Shown here: piece by piece, positions 59,997 through 64,000 of the stretch
Numbering within the stretch: the stretch's first letter is position 1
Layout of the letters: each line of letters starts with the position of its first letter
DNA from: a bacterium
GTDB taxonomy: Bacteria; Electryoneota; Electryoneia; Electryoneales; Electryoneaceae
Assembly: GCA_963669175.1 (NCBI GenBank)
Contig: OY769902.1
Location: forward strand, 1,856,001-1,920,000
Direction: 5' to 3'
DNA length: 64,000 nt
The notes under the pieces: generated by a model
What the model was told of the DNA's origin: nothing
Database searches by the model: none
Seen by the model: only the letters and a program-made list of their open reading frames with translations
Position numbers and translations under genes: made by a program

Positions 59997-60092
59997 ATGA
60001 AAATGCAGAAGAAAACCCTTTACACGCTGACCATGCTCCTGATTCTAAGCAGTGTGTGTCTCAGTCAGACTGTTATCATTGATAAAAACTAG
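59997..60092 (+). pseudogene. 5' stub of a secreted-protein gene truncated at the REP array
   Basis: AAGGAG RBS, MKMQKKTLYTLTMLLILSSVCLSQTVIID (signal peptide), then the first AAAAACTAG unit supplies the stop. Confidence 0.55.
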
Positions 60093-60594
60093 GGACTAAA
60101 AACTAGGGACAGACGGTTAAAAAACTAGCAAAAAACTAGAAAACTAGGGACGAAAACTAGAAAACTAGGGACAGACGGTAGAAAACTAGGGACAGACGGT
60201 AGTTTTTATTTCTTTCGGGGCCTTCCTTCAGGTAAGGGATGGAGCCTTCGTCCAGTTCTATGTTCCAGATCAGATACCCACTCTTTGCTTCCCAAGGGAC
60301 GTCCGGTTCAAAAAAACTAGGGACAGACGGTAGTTTTTATTTCTTTCGGGGCCTTCCTTCAGGCAAGGGATGGAGCCTTCGTCCAGTTCTATGTTCCAGA
60401 TCAGATACCCACTCTTTGCTTCCCAAGGGACGTCCGGTTCTGGTATTGCGATTAAAAACTAGGGACAGACGGTAGTTTTTATTTCTTTCGGGGCCTTCCT
60501 TCAGGCAAGGGATGGAGCCTTCGTCCAGTTCTATGTTCCAGATCAGATACCCACTCTTTGCTTCCCAAGGGACGTCCGGTTCTGGTATTGCGAT
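60084..60594. repeat. Fixed-end, variable-length tandem array of the RAYT-flanking REP and RAYT 3' end
   Basis: Ten units starting (A)AAAACTAG at 60084, 60098, 60119, 60130, 60140, 60153, 60161, 60182, 60310 and 60454. Confidence 0.92.
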
Positions 60595-61144
60595 GTAATA
60601 GCTCCCAGAATTCAGGATCATGCGGTTGATCCAGGATTGCTTTCCAGTCGTCGAGGTCTGTCTTTTCCGGCCAACGTGAGTTGACAAGTAGCGGATCGCT
60701 TGCGTGGCCAAGATGATGGTGCACACTTGACCAGGGCCAATCTGTAGCATCTTTGATCAGCCCGGCTCGTACCGGATTAAGTTCAACATATTGCGCGGCA
60801 CGATACAGATGTTGATCATCCAGGGCACAGGAGTAAAAACGTCCCTGCCAGAGGTGGCCGACCAATCCAGTCCTTCGGTGCATGTGCTGAGCATACACCA
60901 TGTGAGTAGTGGCCAGGGTACGTGCCATAGACGTTGTTGTCAGAGGATATACGATCAGGTTAACATGATTGTTCATCAGGCAGTATGCCCACACTTCCAG
61001 TTTATACTTCCTGCCATACTTTTCCAGCAATTCCAGATACTTCTGAAAGTCCTCCTCATCAGCGAAAACATCTTGACGGTAGTTGCCACGTTGTGTCACA
61101 TGATAAGGCAATTCCGGCTCCTGGAAACGCGCTTCTCGGGGCAT
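60479..61144 (-). CDS. REP-associated tyrosine transposase (RAYT, Y1/HUH family)
   Basis: MPREAR...YHVTQRGN, AYCLMNNHVNL, GHLWQGRFYS, YVELNPVRAGL, WPWSS, GRPLGS, GRPRKK. Flanked by inverted REPs at 60454-60480 and 61343-61368. Confidence 0.92.
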   Translation of the reverse strand: MPREARFQEPELPYHVTQRGNYRQDVFADEEDFQKYLELLEKYGRKYKLEVWAYCLMNNHVNLIVYPLTTTSMARTLATTHMVYAQHMHRRTGLVGHLWQGRFYSCALDDQHLYRAAQYVELNPVRAGLIKDATDWPWSSVHHHLGHASDPLLVNSRWPEKTDLDDWKAILDQPHDPEFWELLHRNTRTGRPLGSKEWVSDLEHRTGRRLHPLPEGRPRKK

Positions 61145-61342
61145 GATTTCTCCTGTAAATATGCGAAAACAGGGACACTGACCCTTCGTGGTCTGTCCCA
61201 TTTTCGCGGTTAGATGATGCCAATGATACCGATCTAGACAGTCTCTTTGACAACCACACAATAGTACAATTCTACACGAGACACCTGTAATAAGCCATAC
61301 TGAAGATAACTTAACTCAAGAAATATTTCAACAAATATTCTC

Positions 61343-61368
61343 AAAAACTACCGTCTGTCCCTAGTTAA
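61343..61368. repeat. REP upstream of the RAYT, inverted relative to the downstream copy
   Basis: AAAAACTACCGTCTGTCCCTAGTT is the reverse complement of AACTAGGGACAGACGGTAGTTTTT. Confidence 0.85.
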
Positions 61369-61459
61369 AAAGAGTTGCATTAAGAAGCGGTTTACGTTTG
61401 CATGACGTAAGCCGCTTTTGTTTCTCTACGAAAAATGTAAAACTGATCGGGTGATCAGG

Positions 61460-62563
61460 CTATTTCTTTTCTCCTTCGAAGATATCGCGCAGCACATGTA
61501 GCAGGAAGGTGGTTTCTTCACGGCTGCCGATGGTGATACGGACACAGTCCGGGAGACGGAAGGCGGTCATCGGGCGTGCGATGACCCCACGCTTCAGCAT
61601 TTCATCACTGAACCAGGTCGCTTTCTTTGCGCTGCCCATCGGGATCAGGACGAAGTTGGCCACACTGACCGGGATCTCAAACCCAAGGCGGCGCAGTTCT
61701 CCGACGAGGCGACGGTGATTGTCCCGCCAGCACTTGATCGTCTCGGTCAGGAAGTCACGATCCTCAAGAGCGCCCAGCCCGGCCGCCTGGGCCAGGGAAG
61801 TCGGTTCGAAGGGCAGCTTAACTTTCAGGATGTTCGAAATGATGCTGTCATGCGCGACACCGTAACCGATACGCACCCCGGCGAGGCCGTACGCCTTGGA
61901 GAAAGTACGCAGGGTGATAACCTGATCATGACGATAGTCCAGGCTGTCCGGGTACTCGATCCAGTCACGAGCGTACTCGAAATACGCTTCATCCATGACC
62001 ACCAGCGGTCCCTCAGGCAGCTTGTTCAGGAATTGTTCGAACTGAAGGATATTGAATGCCGTCCCGGTCGGATTGTTGGGGTTGGCAATGTAGATCATCT
62101 TCGTTTTCGGGGTGACAGCCTTCAGGATAGCGTCCAGGTCGAAGGTGTAGTTTTTCAAAGGAACCGTTACCGTCTTCAGGTTCTGCGCATTGCAGAGGAC
62201 ATAGAACCCGATGAAAGTACCTTCAGCGGTCACGATTTCATCATTGGGGCGTAAATAAGCCCGCATGACTGCGGATAAAATGGATTCACTGCCTGAGCCG
62301 ACGGCCACGTGATTAACACTGATTCCGTGTGTTTTCGCCAAAGCGTTACGAAGGTCTATTCCTGAGTTGGGATAAATATGCAGGGTGCTGATGGCTTCTT
62401 TGATGCGCTGCATGGCACGTGGTGACGGGCCACGTGGATTTTCATTGCTGGCCAGTTTAATGATTTTTTCAAGGCCTAGTTGACGACGGATCTCTTCAAT
62501 GGATCTTCCCGGCTGGTAAGGCACCAGCTTCTGAATATGTTTCGGTGCAATTGGCACGTTCAT
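61460..62563 (-). CDS. hisC: Histidinol-phosphate aminotransferase
   Basis: KLASNENP, ANPNNPTG, DEAY, RTFSKAYGLAGVRIGY, RITIG. Confidence 0.95.
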   Translation of the reverse strand: MNVPIAPKHIQKLVPYQPGRSIEEIRRQLGLEKIIKLASNENPRGPSPRAMQRIKEAISTLHIYPNSGIDLRNALAKTHGISVNHVAVGSGSESILSAVMRAYLRPNDEIVTAEGTFIGFYVLCNAQNLKTVTVPLKNYTFDLDAILKAVTPKTKMIYIANPNNPTGTAFNILQFEQFLNKLPEGPLVVMDEAYFEYARDWIEYPDSLDYRHDQVITLRTFSKAYGLAGVRIGYGVAHDSIISNILKVKLPFEPTSLAQAAGLGALEDRDFLTETIKCWRDNHRRLVGELRRLGFEIPVSVANFVLIPMGSAKKATWFSDEMLKRGVIARPMTAFRLPDCVRITIGSREETTFLLHVLRDIFEGEKK

Positions 62564-62637
62564 CGTCTACCGTCCTGTCTCTCGCCCCCGGCGAGGTTTA
62601 CCTGCTGCCAGTCTATGGTTACGATCGCGCAACAGAG

Positions 62638-63757
62638 CTACGCTTTATCCGGATGTTTCTCCCGTTTCTTGCCGATCAGAAGTGCGGTGATGAAGGAGTG
62701 AATATCACCGTCCATCACCTGGTCAATGTTTGATGTTTCCACGCCGGTCCGCAGATCCTTCACCATGCGATAAGGATGGAACACATAGCTGCGGATCTGG
62801 TTTCCCCAACCGATCTCGGTCTTGGTGTCCTCGAGCGCCGCTTTCTTCTTTTCTTCCTCTTCCAACTGTTTCTGGTACAGTTTGGATTTTAGGAAGCTCA
62901 TCGCCTTGTCCTTGTTGCGGTGCTGGCTGCGCTCCGCCTGGCAGGTGGCGACGGTATTGGTTGGGATATGAGTGATACGTACCGCGCTGCTGGTCTTGTT
63001 CACATGCTGACCACCGGCGCCGGAGGCGCGGAACGTGTCAATCCGCAGGTCGGCAGGATTGATTTCGATTTCTACGTTGTCGTCCGCACGTGGATAGACA
63101 AAGACACTTGCGAAAGAGGTGTGACGGCGTGAATTGGCGTCGAAGGGGCTGATTCTTACCAGTCGATGAACTCCTGCTTCGGCACGCAGATAACCGAAGG
63201 GATGGTCGCCTTCCACTTCAATGGCGGCATGCTTGATGCCCGCTTCTTCACCGGGTTGAAGGTCGATCACATCAAAATCATAATTCTGCCGTTCCAGATA
63301 ACGGACGTACATACGCATGAGCATTTGCGCCCAGTCCTGGGATTCAGTGCCGCCGGCGCCTGGATTTATGGTAAGGATACAAGCTTTGGAGTCGTTGGGA
63401 CCGGAAAGCATGGTCTGCAGCTCCATCTCTTCCATGCGTTCCTGCAGGTCTGCCAGCGCTTTTTCGACATCACTGGCGGAGCCAGGGTCTTCCTGCATCA
63501 GTTCGAGGTAGACTTCAAATTCGGTGATATCCGTATTCAGCTCATCAAATTTCTCGACAACTTCACGGTGGCGGCTGGCCTGTTTCAACACTTTTTGAGC
63601 GTTTTCCTGGTCATCCCAGAAGTTTTCTGCGGTTGACTGTTGCTCAAGCTCTTCCGCCTTGACTCTGTGAGAGTCAAGGTCAAAGATACCCCCGAAGATT
63701 CGAGATCTTTGTAACCAGGGGTTCCCATTGTTCACGTGCTTCGTTTTCGGTGATCAT
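62638..63757 (-). CDS. prfB: Peptide chain release factor 2 with programmed +1 frameshift
   Basis: GAGGTESQDW, SPF, GGQ. Upstream frame MITENEAREQWEPLVTKISNLRGYL ends in CTT TGA C (63685-63679) with GGGGG 3 nt upstream. Confidence 0.96.
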
Positions 63758-64000
63758 GCCACTTCCTTCAAAAAAATATCCTTTTCCCCGGATATATTCG
63801 GGTATTCATTGGCCAGAGATTGAAGCATCCGGGTAGAGGAGGATCGTCTTTTCTCTTCCTGAATCCAAACATGGAAGATAACTTATCTTTATGGCTCTCT
63901 CAACAGGAGTATGGCGAGTGAGAAGTGTTTGTATACCATAGGGTATGGAAGTAGGAAGTGGATACTGAGTATTGTATTTTTAACGAAAAAACCTGTGACA

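Noticed and set aside
60337-60750. 137-aa ORF ending like the RAYT (NTRTGRPLGS...GRPRKK) as a second gene
   Set aside because: It is an alternate frame running into the duplicated RAYT 3' end.
63680-63735. prfB start at 63735 (MNNGNPW...) or a prfB pseudogene
   Set aside because: The real start is 63757 with the canonical CTT-TGA-C programmed frameshift.
1-64000. tRNA, rRNA, prophage or canonical defence operons
   Set aside because: None recognised by eye. A tRNAscan/Infernal/DefenseFinder run would be needed to exclude divergent cases.

Overview
Chromosomal window from a Gram-negative bacterium, probably of the FCB superphylum. That inference rests on five secreted proteins with a PYPNPFN...G-Y C-terminal sorting domain and a PorX-like regulator. 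The housekeeping and accessory genes are two PAS hybrid kinases, a cNMP-GAF kinase, GH31, an MBL hydrolase, patatin, a MacB-type permease, a Fur/PerR gene with three ferritin-fold genes, an orphan citF, DPP III, a two-NeuB nonulosonate/Wzx cluster, LPS glycosyltransferases, scpA, hisC and prfB with its +1 frameshift. The intergenic DNA is unusually rich in mobile and repeat elements. (i) An IS110/IS1111-type element whose downstream non-coding region reads as a two-loop bridge RNA matching its own target and donor junctions; a related empty site lies at 55513. (ii) A 396-bp MITE with Tn5/IS50-like ends inserted into a REP hairpin. (iii) A REP-associated tyrosine transposase (RAYT) followed by ten tandem units that share one fixed end and have variable other ends. 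(iv) At least four dispersed REP-cassette families. A recurring (D/N/E)ELD motif sits at propeptide and domain junctions of secreted proteins, including the position of the gingipain Arg maturation site, which suggests Asp-specific processing. All calls come from motif recognition by eye; no database searches were run.
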